Of a DNA stretch of 64,000 nt, positions 1 to 12,734 are shown piece after piece (position 1 is the first letter of the stretch; every line of letters begins with the position of its first letter). This DNA comes from Carcharhinus longimanus (Eukaryota). Below the pieces are notes generated by a model. It was not told the DNA's origin and made no database searches. It worked only from the letters and a program-made list of their open reading frames with translations. The stretch covers positions 54,819,820 through 54,883,819 of the forward strand of contig JASCQW010000061.1 in the NCBI GenBank assembly GCA_030264375.1. Direction: 5' to 3'. A program made the position numbers and the translations under genes.

Positions 1-196
1 GGGTTTCCTCTGGGTGTTCCAATTTCCTCCCACATTCCAAAGATGTGTGGGTTAGGTTGATTGGCCATGTTAAATTGATCCTAATGTCAGGAGGATTAGC
101 AGGACAAATGCTTGGGGTTACAGGAATAGAGCCGAGGTAGGATTGTAGTTGGTACAGACTGAATGACTCCCTTATGTGCTGTAGGGATTTTATGAT
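1..196 (+). mobile_element. HE1-type V-SINE, 3' part (cut by the window edge)
   Basis: V-domain sequence GGGTTTCCTC..TTTCCTCCCACATTCCAAAGATGTG..GGTTAGGTTGATTGGCCATG, followed by a CR1/HER1-like tail ..GTGCTGTAGGGATTTTATGAT. Colinear with the fuller copy at 13838-14150. Confidence 0.85.
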
Positions 197-914
197 ATTT
201 TGCAGTCTTTATTTCTTTTTTTTTACTGGTAAATTTACTATTAAACACCGATGCAAAGAAGTTATGAAAGACGTCTTTAGAACATAAACTACCCCAAAAA
301 ACTGTGATCAGATCTTAAAATGAACATTGATTTTATATTTAAAAAAATGAAGTGATCGTATTTCCAATTCTCCAACTTTCTGGTGTAAGATTTTTATGTT
401 GAGGATTGGAATTGTGTTATTTAACACAACAATAACTTGTATTTATATCTAGCCTCAGAGTTAATAAATCATGCCTGAGACACTTCACAGAACAATGCTG
501 AACCAAAATGTGATATAGAATCATATTAGGAGATATTAGGTCAGATGACCAAAAGTTGCAACCAAGCGTTATATTTTTAATGATTGAACTGTTCCCATGT
601 CTCCTGATTTGATGGGGCAATGGAAATATCATACCATGGGTCCCATTCATTATATATATAGAATTTCTAATTAAATTAATGGAAATAAATGTTGGGAGGT
701 TTGAATAAGAGTGGTCAATTCACAAAGACAGTGTTATATCTGAGTGATGAGTCGAAAGTCTATCACTTCATCTCCTTTGAATTCCATGTCAAAATGATCA
801 ATGACATTTCAGGATCAAAAGTTTACCAAAGCACATCAAGATATATTGAAATACATGTTATGGCTAATGCTGAAATATGTACTTTTACAGAGAAAAATCA
901 TATTAAATAACTTT

Positions 915-1226
915 CATAGAAACCCTACAGTGCAGAAGGAGGTCATTCGCCCCTTGAGTCTGCACCGACAACAATCCCACCAGACCCAATCCCCGTTACC
1001 CCACATATTTACCCCACTAATCCTCCTGACACTAAGGGGCAACTTAGCACAGCTAATCAACCTAATCCACACATCTTTAGTCTGATAGGAAACTGGAGCA
1101 TCTGGATGAAGCCCACCCAGACATGGGGAGAATGTACAGACTCCACACAGACAGTGACCCAAGCTGGGGATTGAACCCAGATCCCTGGAGTTGTGGAGTG
1201 CTCATCACTGAGCCACTATGCTGCCC
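915..1226 (-). mobile_element. HE1-type V-SINE, near full length
   Basis: The reverse complement has a tRNA-like head (GGGCAGCATAGTGG..GGTTCAATCC), the V core and the tail ..CTGCACTGTAGGGTTTCTATG. Confidence 0.85.
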
Positions 1227-1363
1227 CACTTACCACTATTTGAAGCATTGGGAAGGGGAGTTTGGAAGGCATATGTTCTCCATGATATTCTTTCCAAAAC
1301 ATGTATCCTTCTTTAATCTTTACTCAATTTAAAAAAGTCTCATAAAATGTAGAGAATGTTGAT

Positions 1364-1504
1364 GGGCGGGATTTTCTGGCTACGCTCACCCCCAAACCGG
1401 AGAACTCCACCCGATGTCCATGGACGTTTGCATGGCTCCCCCTCACCACCTCCCCCCTCCACATGTTACAATCCCGTGGTGGGCTGGATGGGAATATTCC
1501 CCCC
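1364..1504. mobile_element. ~140-bp MITE, family M1 (Harbinger-like ends)
   Basis: Imperfect terminal inverted repeats GGGCGGGATTTTC..GAATATTCCCCCC. Homologous to 43481-43608 (opposite orientation) and 36061-36148. Confidence 0.6.
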
Positions 1505-2343
1505 ATGATATGTTTCTACAACTGAACATTGTATTTACAGAGTTTTTCAATTAGTTGTGGAGATAACCCACATCAGGTTGGTATTTTGAAAAGTGAAACA
1601 CGTTCATGTGCATCTTAAATGTAAGTCATTTTGGTTCTGCAAAGTTGCACTGAACTGAGAACCCAGCTGTGAAAGAACTCAGGAAAAAATACTTTAAAAG
1701 TTAGATTTAATGTTTGCCAGCAAAGGTCCTTACATTTCATTACTCCCCAGAGGCCCTGTAACATTTTCTGGGCCATGTTTTATATGTATATATTTTAAAA
1801 TCCAACAACTTCTTTAGCACTGGACAACACATAGAAGCGATTCTAAGTCTCCTGGGAAGAGGTTAAGTGACAGTAATAGTGCCTGCTTGTGTCATTCGTG
1901 TCGTTAAAACATTCCATATCCATGAGGCACACATATGAGGCTTGACTTTGTTTGTGAGAAGTTATCCAAAAGAATATTTATTGCGACAGCAGTTTTGAAG
2001 TGATCTGTTTATAAACTTGAATTCTCTGTGAATTTTAAATCAGATGGAGAAGCAGTTTGCAATCCTTGAATAGGGTTCTGTGTTGAAACGATCAGGTTCA
2101 AACACTGCCGGTGACGCAGTATAATTCAACTCAGCTGTAATTAAGCACAGTAATCAAATGTACTTAACTGTTAACTCAGAGTGTTTGCACATTAGTGCTA
2201 AGAGGTTACGATGTGTTAATGCGAGGAACGCACCGAAGGCACCAACAGGCTCATGAATTTCTTGTCATCTTTCTGCTGGGGTGTTATTCAAGGACGATGG
2301 AGCTGACAAACAGCGCTATCTGTTGAATCCTGCTACGCATACT

Positions 2344-2498
2344 CAGTAAGAAGTCTCACAGCACCAGGTTAAAGTCCAACAGGTTTATTTGGTAGTAAAT
2401 GCTACCCAATNNNNNNNNNNNNNNNNNNNNNNNNNNNNNNNNNNNNNNTGAGACTTCTTACTGTATTTACCCCAGTCCAACGCCGGCATCTCCCCATC
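2344..2498. mobile_element. Penelope-like element family A, fold-back (inverted pLTR) fragment
   Basis: CAGTAAGAAGTCTCA (2344-2358) and TGAGACTTCTTACTG (2449-2463) are a perfect inverted repeat around a 38-N gap. Same family as 32734-32890 and 57405-57702, which carry hammerhead motifs. Confidence 0.7.
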
Positions 2499-2649
2499 TT
2501 TGAGGTCAAGCAGTTTTACAAACTGTGTAAACGTGACCCACGAAAGGCATCTGGTACCAACAGGGGTAAGGTGTTTTGTTACTAGACATGGTTCTGTTGC
2601 GGATGAAGTGGATAGAAACTGATCTCGAGTGAGTTTAAGTCACGTGACA

Positions 2650-2865
2650 TAAAAAGAAAGAACCTGACTTGCATGACCTTAGGACATCTGAAAGTGCTTT
2701 CGAGCCAGTGAAATACTCCTTGAAATGCAGTCGGCACTGTAATGAGGAAACACGGCAGGAAATTTACACACACAGCAAGGTCCTATAAACAGTAATAAAG
2801 GCTGGACAATGTGTTCCAGTGATATTGGTTGTGGGATAAATACTGGGCAGGACAACAGGGGAATT
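2650..2865 (-). mobile_element. DeuSINE (SacSINE1-like) remnant
   Basis: ..AAAGTGCTTT..CCAGTGAAATACTCCTTGAAATGCAGTC..GGAAACACGGCAG..CACACAGCAAGGTCC..GGGATAAATACTGGGCAGGACAACAGGGGAA resembles the reverse complement of the Deu domain and tail. Similar to 51560-51815. Confidence 0.6.
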
Positions 2866-3332
2866 GCGCCAGGCAGAACTTAATGCTCATGGTGGTGGGC
2901 CTGTCCACTGGCTGGAGAGATAATAGCAACTCTGCTGCAGCCATTCCAGGCCCCGCAACATAATCTAATGCCAACAAGGCACTTGTCTGGTTGTTCTCAA
3001 GAGCCTGCGTGTGTTCAGAGCAGATATCCTCCTCTGAGAGCTGCTGGTATCCAACCAGCGATGCTGCCACAAGCAACGGCCATAACCGGCACCGCAGAGG
3101 CTATGTTGAAGATTGTGGCTGGAGCCTTGGATGAAGGTATGTGAGCCCTTGTGGGGTCTTCATGTACAGGTGAACCTTGTCATTATGGGTAGCTCTGGCC
3201 TGGTGCCTTGGGCACTGTGGAGACTCGAGAAGGTATGTCCAGTGGTCATTTGCTCCTCTAACATTGCCAGGCTTCAGAGGAAGGGCCCTTCAACGACCCT
3301 GGGGGTTGGGTAGGCTTGGGCTCGGGCAAGGA

Positions 3333-3445
3333 GCTGACTCAAAATGTTGTCTCTATTCTCTCCCCACAGATGCTGCTAGACCTGCTGAGATTTTCCAGCA
3401 TTCTTTTGTCTCAGATTCTAGCACCTGCAATATTTTGCTTTTAAG
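3333..3445 (+). mobile_element. Penelope-like element family B, 3' tail fragment
   Basis: GACTCAAAATGTT..CTCTCCCCACAGATGCTGCTAGACCTGCTGAGATTTTCCAGCATT..CAGATTCTAGCACCTGCAATATTTTGCTTT. Same tail as 49742-49842 and 52334-52425. Confidence 0.7.
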
Positions 3446-3595
3446 TTTTGAAGAGGCCAGATCACTTTAATCTCATTGTCCCTTGGTAGGATTTTAAATC
3501 ATTGCAGCACTCCATTCTGCAACAGAGATTTTTCTTTTACTCTGTCAGAAGCTGCAGGTGGGAGCAGACCCCTTTGAAGTTCTCAGACAGAAGGA

Positions 3596-4700
3596 GGGGC
3601 AGAATTTTACCTGGCTTGCCCCATCCATTGATGGGCAGAGCGAGCTGGTAAAATTGTGCGAGAGCCAAGAAATCAAGGTCACTTCTGATTTCTCGGCTCC
3701 CACGATCTTATGAGAGTCGAATTTCAAGTGAGTCAGCCTCTCATTGGAAATGGGAAAGATGCTGAATATGTTATTTAAATTTATTATAATCTTCATTACC
3801 ATGTGTAGAGCGATTTTGGTGCTTAATTCTCTGGGCTCACTTGCCTTTATGGCCTCGCTAGGAGATGTCCTCTCTGGTGAGGTAAATAACTGCTCCCCCA
3901 TGAACGGGGAAAAGTTGTGTTCGCTTTACTGGTAGAACCAGAGGCTATTGAGGCCCTCTGAGGAGGCCAACGGTAGTCCCAGCTTGGCACCTTGGTAATG
4001 CCGACTGGGTACCTTTGCACTGCCTATCAGCAGTGCCAGGGGATGGGGCAAATGGGGGTGGGGCCAATGGGGACTTGGCTCATAAGGTGGTGCATATGAG
4101 AGGGTGGGGCCTAAAGGGGTGGCCCAATTGGGGATGGAAAAGGGCCCGCCACCGCTCTGTAGGTGATTGGATCGGGGAGTGTGGGAGGGCCTGCTGTGGC
4201 TCTATGGGTGATCAGATTGGGGAGAGCAGATGTGTTGCTGCACTGCTGCTCTGATCAGTGGAATGGAGGGGTGCGCAATCAGTCTAGATGGCGGGGAGGG
4301 TGGCAGTGCATTTCCAGGTGATGTGGGGCTGGCAATTAGCTGTGGGGCAGGAGGCAGCTTGGTGAGGCTGCCTGTAACAGTGAGGGCTTGACAGCTCTGT
4401 CTCTGTCTGTTAGACTTCTGCTATTGGAATTGTGCCTGTGCAGAATTAGATGTCTGCACATGTGTAGTAGCTCCCTCTGCATTGCTGTTGCATATGTGCA
4501 GACACAGAGATTTGCACATGTGCAATAGCTCCCTCTGCAGGCTGGCAGGCAAATTAAGCCCAGCCCACAGCTTGCAGCAGCTAGAAATGGTCTAGCCTGT
4601 ATTTTCAATGTTTAAGTTTGTAAAATTGGCAGTGAATACCCCCCTAAAAACTGGATCAGGAACTTGCCTATTTTCATGCTAGCTGCACACTCCGAATCGT
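3596..4700. mobile_element. ~1.1-kb non-autonomous DNA element (Harbinger-like)
   Basis: Begins GGGGCAGAATTTTACC, a terminus shared with other TIR elements here. GC-rich non-coding interior. Absent from the homologous region at 60.35 kb, so it is an insertion. Confidence 0.5.
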
Positions 4701-4977
4701 AAGAACATAAGAAATAGGAGCAGGAGTGGGCCATCTAGCCCTTCGACCCTGCTCCGCCATTCAATAAGATCATGGCTGATCCGAAGTGGATCAGTTNNNN
4801 NNNNNNNNNNNNNNNNNNNNNNNNNNNNNNNNNNNNNNNNNNNNNNNNNNNNNNNNNNNNNNNNNNNNNNNNNNNNNNNNNNNNNNNNNNNNNNNNCTAA
4901 ACTCCAACGAGTACAGACCCAGTCTATTTAGTCTCTCTTCATTGTCCAACCCCCTCATCTCCGGTATCAGCCTTGTT
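4700..4977 (-). mobile_element. Young CR1/HER1 LINE 3' end (gapped)
   Basis: Tail AAGAACATAAGAAATAGGAGCAGGAG. Minus-strand peptide RLIPEMRGLDNEERLNRLGLYSLEF matches the CR1 ORF2 C-terminus. Confidence 0.9.
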
Positions 4978-7900
4978 ACATTCTTGTTACATTCCACCCA
5001 AAATGTCAATTTCACCTGCAAAACTGTACACTCAACCCAATGTATGCACACAGCTTTGATTTGAAATTGCTGAGGCATCCCAGCAAGCTGAAATCATTGA
5101 AACACTCTCTATTGCATTTGAAGCCTTTGATCTGTAACAAATTGAACGTGCAGTGCCTCGAAAAGATTCAGCTGCCTGTTCAGTGGATTCCTATCATCTT
5201 CCAACCACCTGTGTTTATTTTGATTTCCTTTCACAGTTGAATGGATCTCATAGATCTGACCACAATGTTGACAGAGTTCAATCCTGATTGACTGTCTGTG
5301 GTTTAACTTTCTTTTTGATGTGGTTTGAAGTGGAGGAGAAGGCGGGGCTGTGGAGGGAAGGGGGGCTGTGTGAGAGGTCTATGAGGGGATGGGACCTGCG
5401 TCAGGTCAGAAAAACCTCATGGCTATGTGGTGTGGGGAGGAGGGTGCAGCAGGTACGATGTCTCTCATTGCTGAGGGGGTGGTGGTACTTCTTCGATCCT
5501 TGTGTCTAACATGCCAGATCCTTGCTTGTGAGGACCTATACAAAAGCCCGCCCAGTGAAAATCCCAGTGGGGAGACAGGTGCATACCAAGGGGCATTTGA
5601 ATTGGGCTTCAAGCCTGATAATTATATCTAAAGTACTGATTTTGAATATGCTTTGGGTTCTGGTAGCACATCCTGGGAAGGTCACAATGGTTTGGCGATT
5701 GGCACGGAACCCTTTTTTCCACCGACTTCTGATTCTCCAGGTCATCATGATACATACCAGAAGCTAGTCGACACAGGGAATCCATCTGCAAGTTTTGGGA
5801 GGTCATATAAGAGATATCATAGCAAAGCTAATCTTGTTGCTACCTGATGGTCACACCTGATCTTTCAATGTGAGGAGAGGAAAGTTTGGCCAGTTTTCAC
5901 CTCTAGTCAAGCTGTTCTGCATTGAAATACAGAATCTCCTTGTCACATCTGTTCATGGGATCAGTTAAGTAAGTACAACATTTTAACTAATCTGCAGCGC
6001 TGGCATGAAGTGGACTGAATTGCCTCTTTCCATGCCACACATCCCATGTATATCCTATGGAAAGTTCATCTCTGTATTACATCCATCTTAACTCATTTAT
6101 TTTAAATGGATTAATAGCTCTTTTAAAGTCGCGGGAGGAAGATGTTCAGATGAATATGTTAAGTGTCCAAATATCTGTGTTCCCTGGTATCATTTCTCTG
6201 TTGAAACAAAGAAAACACAAGATAAGCATTAGACAAATCAAGGTGAAGGAAACAGTCAGCTAAAGTTAAGTATTGTTTCTCAAAAGCATTAAGAATTGAT
6301 CTATGATCCTTTGGTGATATGTATTGTTTGAAATATTTGGAACCCTCCATAAAGTGTTAACTGAGTTGTTATTTGGCCACTTCAGAGGATTTATTGTTAA
6401 TTTTTAATACGTTAACCCATCTTGCATTAACTAGAAGTATTCAAAGTCTTCCTTTAATACACTCATTTTGAATCGATAGAAATAAATATCACTCCACTTT
6501 AGGGAGATGACTAAATTACAACTGGATGCTTTTAATTAAAATAAATAAATGTGAGTCTGTAAAGTATCATGCTATGGAGAAATAAAAAAAAATCAGTATC
6601 CATCTTTCAGTTTGAGGGTTGGCGAGATGAGATAGTTGGCAGTTGTTGTTAGTGTCCCCTAGATGACTCTGACACTGGAGCTGGATTCATCAGTGGCAGG
6701 CTACATTACTGTTGCTGGCTCACTGAGAGGAAGTGGGTTATAAAACACAAATCCAAGCTGCTTACCAGAGCCAGTGACTCTGGGGTTGAGTTAATTGTCT
6801 CAAAATGGGAAAGAAGCTAAGCTAATTTTTCATTTAATTTGATCTTGTAAACTTGCCAGTTCTCCAGTTTTATATGTAGGGCAGCAACAGCTTTTCTTCA
6901 GTTCCTTTTATTGATATGCTTTTCATAACCTTCTGGAATGGAATTGCTTGAATTATGAAAGCTTATTGCATTTAAATGTTAGCTACCATTTTCTTCAAGT
7001 TTAACCTCCTTTACCAGCCTGTCAAAGGATTGGACTCAACAAAACACATTACTGCTGGAAACTACTGACACATTTTGACCCAAGGATGGTTGACATTCGG
7101 GTTTCAAAAAGTTATTAGTAGATCCAGTCACTCAGATGCAGTAATAGCTGTGCCCTGCCCATGTTATCACACAGTGTTTCTTATTGCCTGAAAAGAAATG
7201 GTGCATTTTATAGATGGACTTTACCATTGCTCCAAGCCTTTAACCTTAGAGAGACACGTCATATATAAAATTCATGGTTAAAGAAAGATTTGTCAAGCTT
7301 CATTCATTTGGAGAAAGACACAATTGCAGTAATTTTGATTTTGAATGATAGTATAAAATGGCCAATATTGGACTGGCAACCCATTAAACACCTCCTTCAA
7401 TCTCCTATGAAAAGAATATTGAGGGATGTGTGTAACGGGTGGCCGATGCAATATTGCTGGTTTGCTCTACTGCCACAAAATTAAATTATTCCCAGACTTC
7501 GATTTAAAACTGTAACCTACTTGATTAATTGGCAGAGCAAGTAAGCATGGGAGAAAGTATTTTGTGAATTTAGATTTATGTTTAAGAAGCTTGGAAGTTT
7601 CAGAAACCAGCTAATGGAATGTGCTGTACAATATATCTATTAATTAATGTTGTATCTATCTTTAAAAAATTATGAGTCAAGACTTGCCCATTAACTCAAC
7701 TATTCTTAGACCTTGACATGGGGCAAAAACTATCAGAGAGGAAACATTTCTGTTCTACCTATCTATTAAACCCACTCACCATTTCCATATGAGATTTGGA
7801 ATGTTTTTATTTGAGTGCATTTCCGAATTGAATTCACTGCTAAATGCTTCTATTGTGCTTCTGAGAATGAAAAGGAATTTAAATCTCTGAATGCTAGAAT

Positions 7901-8023
7901 TTCTAAAATACAGCAAGCTGCTAATCTATCTTTCTGCTGTGGCCTTTGTCTGTCTTTATTTTGTCAATACTACTGACCTTTGAATGTTGCTTGTTCCCTC
8001 CAAACTGTTTTACAAACTCTTTC

Positions 8024-8366
8024 ATAGATCATTAGAAACCCCACAATACAAAAAGAGGCCATTCAGCCCATCGAGTCTGCACTGACCAGAATCCCACCTA
8101 GGCCCTACCCCCATATCCTTACATATTTTACCCACTAACGCCTCTAACCTACGCATCTCAGGATACTAAGGGGCAATTTTAGCATGGCCAATCAACCTAA
8201 CCTGCATATCTTTGGACTGTGGGAGGAAACNNNNNNNNNNNNNNNNNNNNNNNNNNNNNNNNNAGAATGTGCAAACTTCACACAGACAGTGACCCAAGCT
8301 GGGAATCGAACCCAGGTCCCTGGAGCTGTGAAGCAGCAGTACTAATCACTGTGCTACCATGCCGGC
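8024..8366 (-). mobile_element. HE1-type V-SINE
   Basis: Same head/core/tail organisation as 915-1226. B-box GGTTCGATTCC on the minus strand. Confidence 0.85.
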
Positions 8367-9789
8367 CAATCTTTCTCCTTCCTACAATCTCTTGTGATGA
8401 AATTAAGACACTTCATACAGCTCCAAACCCTAATTCGTCCTTTCCCCAGGTTCTCAAAACTGGGAAGTGCTGAATTGCTAAATAATTCAATTCTCTTACA
8501 ATCCTCCAACTCTGGAAGTCCAAACTTGGCATTATCCACACACTGCTTCATGATTTATTTTCTCCTCTCTTACTGTTTTCAATTTTGGTACAGTTCTGTC
8601 CTTTGGGGCTTGTCTTTTATCTTGACTTCTCAGTAAGATTTAAATGAAGATTAAAATAAAGAACACAATTCAAGGAGCACTTTTTCATTGTCATTCAAAT
8701 TAAGTGAAGACTATTGGAATGTTACGAAATGGCTATTGCTTCACTCAGGTGATTAGCAAGCAGGCTTCTTGTGTAACTGAATAATGACTGCCACAGCACG
8801 AATCTCTTTCGTTCCATGCTGATTTGGATGTTTTGATGGCTTTTGGCAGATTTAGTCCTTTTCACAATTCCTGGAATATTACATTTTTCTTTTGAGCTCT
8901 GCAACATGGCTGTTTCTAATCTAAATATTTAGAGGCATAAATATCTGAAACTTGTTTGTCGACTGTTACGAGATGAATCAATATTTATGTTGCTTTGGGT
9001 TCTGCATATAAATTTAATGTTGAGATTTAGCTGCTTCTCATGCTGCGCAATAGAAATCTACCAGAGCTGCTCTCATACAGTCTGCCCACAATAGAAGATT
9101 TGGGGATTCTAATGTCATGTTTATGCAGGTATTGGTGTTACCATGTGTAAATTCTTCAGCGCTATTTTATGTAATTAGGGAGACAAGGGGACAGAAGGAC
9201 AACTTAGGAGTTATCAAATTCCCACAAAGCTAACAGGCTACTCATGGAAACATTGGATAGATTGCTTCAGCAACTTCAAGAAAGAACTAAATGTTCTAAT
9301 TAGGATGTAAAGCTGCAGTTGTTCACCACTGTCTGGTGTGTATTGGGTATGTTGCTTTATTCAAGCAGGGTGAAGAATTTTGCTCTTGTATAGTAATAAA
9401 GTTGTGTAAGAAGCATTGCCAATGTGAAGTTCAGTTTTAATGACAACATGAACTTTTAGACTGGTAAGAGTTTCCTTGATGCCTCGATCCACATTTAGTC
9501 TACATTAGGATCCACCAGAATCTTTAATTGGAAGCCCTGGAGTTTGCTCGTGCTTAGGTCTGAAGGCACAATAAGTGACCCTGGAAGTGATACACTGACA
9601 TGTAAGGTCCTCATAGTAACATTCTTAGCTAGAGTAAATGTTGAATCAGGCTGATCAGGTTCCCTCCAATGTTCTGACAGTTTTTAAGATGGTGACACAT
9701 CGACGCTGAGATGAGTTTTCAACCACATATCCGCTCTAAGACCAAGACCACCTACTTTATATAACAATACCCAATTCCGCACCCACCAT

Positions 9790-10150
9790 AGCTCACCTAC
9801 TAATGAACTCTTTACCAATGCCTTTGTAATCTCTGGACTTCAATGCACTCCTGGCTGGCTCTCCATCTCCCTTCCTACATATACTTAAACTCATCAAAAA
9901 CTGCTGTCCATGTCCTAACTCATGTCAAATCCTGATAAACCAACATCCTTCAACTCACTGAACAACACTGCCTCACAGTTAAATAATGCTGTGATTTCAA
10001 AATTCTCATTCTTATATTCAGATCCTCTCTCCTCCCTCTCTCTGTAATCTCCTCCAGCCCATGGCCTCTAAGGTATGTGAATTCTTTAAATTCTGGCACC
10101 TTGTGCATTCCTGGTTTTACTTGCTCCATCATTGGCAGTTGTGCTGCCCT
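9790..10150 (+). mobile_element. Ancient L2 LINE ORF2 3' remnant
   Basis: Decayed match to the L2 C-terminus (HAFVTSRLD..NALLAGLP..KLxLIQN..DFKILILIF): AATGCACTCCTGGCTGGC, GATTTCAAAATTCTCATTCTTATATTCA. Confidence 0.65.
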
Positions 10151-10469
10151 GTTTGTAGTAGGACTCTTGACTACTTCCTATTCAACAACATTCAGATGTG
10201 AAACTTTTGAGATTTCTCATCTGGATGATTTACCCCGCAATGCTTGTGCAAACAGAACAGGAGGTCAGGAATTTTACAGTCAGAGTCATTTGGAGAGGCT
10301 GACGTTAGTGGCAAGTTATCAAAGTCAAACCAAATAAGACAGCAGCTTTGAGCTAGATCCTGAAAGAGACAAACTGATAAAAAAAATTGTGTTACTTTGA
10401 TGATTTGTCATTGCAAATTATATGAAGATGGAATTCACCCAATCTATTCACAAACGTTCAGGGAACAGA

Positions 10470-11322
10470 AGCAATAATTTTTGGCAGGCAGCAGAGGGAC
10501 TACCTGCTTGGCAGTCCTTGAAGGTTATCATTCTATTAAGGAGCCTATGTCCTTTGTTTAAATGGCCCAGAGCTGCAGTTCCAAGACAAGAGCCAGGAGA
10601 TTACAATTTACTGGGATCCTGCAATGCTGGCACAAACACTGGGGGCAAGCCCACCCCCACTCTGATAGCTTGCCCCTGATGTTTGGCAGGGCAGTAACTG
10701 GTTTGAGATGAGGCTCCCACTCTCCTCTGGGGATGGAGTGCCACCTCTTGAGAGCTGATGGTCAATCAAATGGCTGACAGTTCTCTGGTTCCAGCAGTGC
10801 CACTAGGAGTGGTGGCCTGTGGGTTTGCATCAATCTCCAAGGACAATTGTTTCGAGACCTGGACGCTGAGGTAAGTGGGGAGTCAGGCTGGAGCCAGGCT
10901 GACAGTCCCCAGTGATAGGGGTGTGTGCAGGGGGAGGGGGTTGGGGGAGGCAGTTTCGGAGGTGGACAGGGACAGAGCAGGTTTGTATAAAAACACTGGG
11001 GGGCCTGACATGCTCAGAGGGCCTCCTGCCCCACGTTGTCTGCCGCTAGCCTGAATAGTGAAAGCCGCTGATCTTTATAATTAGTGCTGGCCTCTGGCTG
11101 ATGCAGGAAAAATTGTGACAGGGTGGGAAGAGGCCCTTAAGTGGCTATTAATTGGCCAATTGATGGCCACAATTGGCATATGAGTAGGTAGGCTGCCTGA
11201 TGTCTGCCCTACCATGTGTAAGATTGTGATGGGGGTGGGAATTAGGTGCAGGGAATGACATCCATGTCACTGCTTTCAATTTATGGCCAACCTGCCCCTG
11301 TGGGAGTGTAAAATTCAGTCCA
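10470..11322. mobile_element. Non-autonomous DNA element (Harbinger-like)
   Basis: GC-rich body with subterminal GGCCCTTAAGTGGCTATTAATTGG (also at 39847) and right end ..GTAAAATTCAGTCC. Left boundary uncertain. Confidence 0.45.
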
Positions 11323-12734
11323 TGCAGTTGAAGTGGAAATCACGGTCTTGTCAGAAGTCTATTCAGAATAGATTATTCAAGTCTATTTGGGGAATCACAT
11401 CAGATACCAATCATGACATAAGCTGCTATCTACTAATGCACACTTCCTGGTAAAGGTAATTGGAAAGCAATGGTGAACTGGAAATCTTGCAATTTGCTGG
11501 TGTAATGACATTAATTGCAATAAATATATAGTAGAATGTTGCTATATGCAATGCATAAGTAGCAACATTATTATATAATATTTAGGATTGGAATTGGATT
11601 CAGGAACCAGAGTCATACTGGCACTGTTGCCATCAGCTAGCGTTGACTGGAAATTGTACCTGGGTACTTTCAGTTCTATCTAATATAATTCTATACTGGG
11701 CAATGCACTTAACAACTGATGAACTGGGGGAACAACCTTAATAGCTGTACTAGTTATAAATCCATTTTTTAACTTTCTACTAATTTATTGTAAATAACAG
11801 GGCTCTTTTGTTGTAATTAAAACATTTGTGAGCTAATGGGACAAAACAGCTATAACATTCATACACACCAATCTACAACATTTGGCAAAGCTAACAAACA
11901 GTCTCATACAGCTGATATAAACCCAAAATAGCTGACAACTCGAAGAAAGCAACAAACTGAAGAATAGCCCTGAATTAAAATCTATGGCCAAGGCCACTGC
12001 TTCAAATAAGTTGAATTAATTAAATTTCAGGGGCTTTATTAATGTTTTAGGATTACATGCAACAAATGATTTGCTTTTCTGCAAAGACTGAACCTAGTAG
12101 TCTCACATTTGTGTAAAAAAAAGTTTCAAGATAGTGTAGTATGACTTCAGCTGCAGATATACGCATTATTTATCTGCTATATTCTAGAGAACACAATAGC
12201 ATAATTTTTGCAGGGGGAAATGAGCTCTGATAGTACAAAGATAATTTCCTGTCGGTCCTGGGAGTAGGATTTTCAAGAGCTTTTGACTTTTGACACTTTT
12301 TGGGTGCACTTCCCAACTCCCTGAAACAAAAAACAAAAAATGCCAAATGACTCAACAGGCCAGGTGAGAGAAACAAAGCTAACATTGCAAATCAATGATG
12401 TTTCTACATCAGATTATTAACATACTGAAATAGTAGACTGTTCTCCACCCACTGCCAGCAGTTTTGAAAGTGTGTGAGGTGGGGGTGGTGGGAAGGAANN
12501 NNNNNNNNNNNNNNNNNNNNNNNNNNNNNNNNNNNNNNNNNNNNNNNNNNNNNNNNNNNNNNNNNNNNNNNNNNNNNNNNNNNNNNNNNNNNNNNNNNGG
12601 GGGGGGCGGTGTGTGTCTGTGTGTGTGTGGGAAGATGGAAATCCAGTGGGTGTTATGCCTGCAATCTACCTGCCTACTTATATTGGATGGAAGATGAAAG
12701 GTAGACCAGGAGAGCATTCGATTAGTCAGGAATA

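Larger units (their letters stand above)
2869..5720. mobile_element. Long uncharacterised repeat, copy 1, with nested younger insertions
   Basis: Four colinear blocks (3190-3250, 3455-3585, 5041-5310, 5445-5660) match 59908-61082. Interrupted by a PLE tail, a 1.1-kb TIR element and a CR1. Outer boundaries are uncertain. Confidence 0.55.

Noticed and set aside
4897-4970. Near-identical sequence at gap edges 4897 and 57805, and ATTGAATGGCGGGGCAGG at 42857, 45377 and 53891, suggesting a duplication
   Set aside because: Explained by a young high-copy CR1 family breaking the assembly at the same positions.
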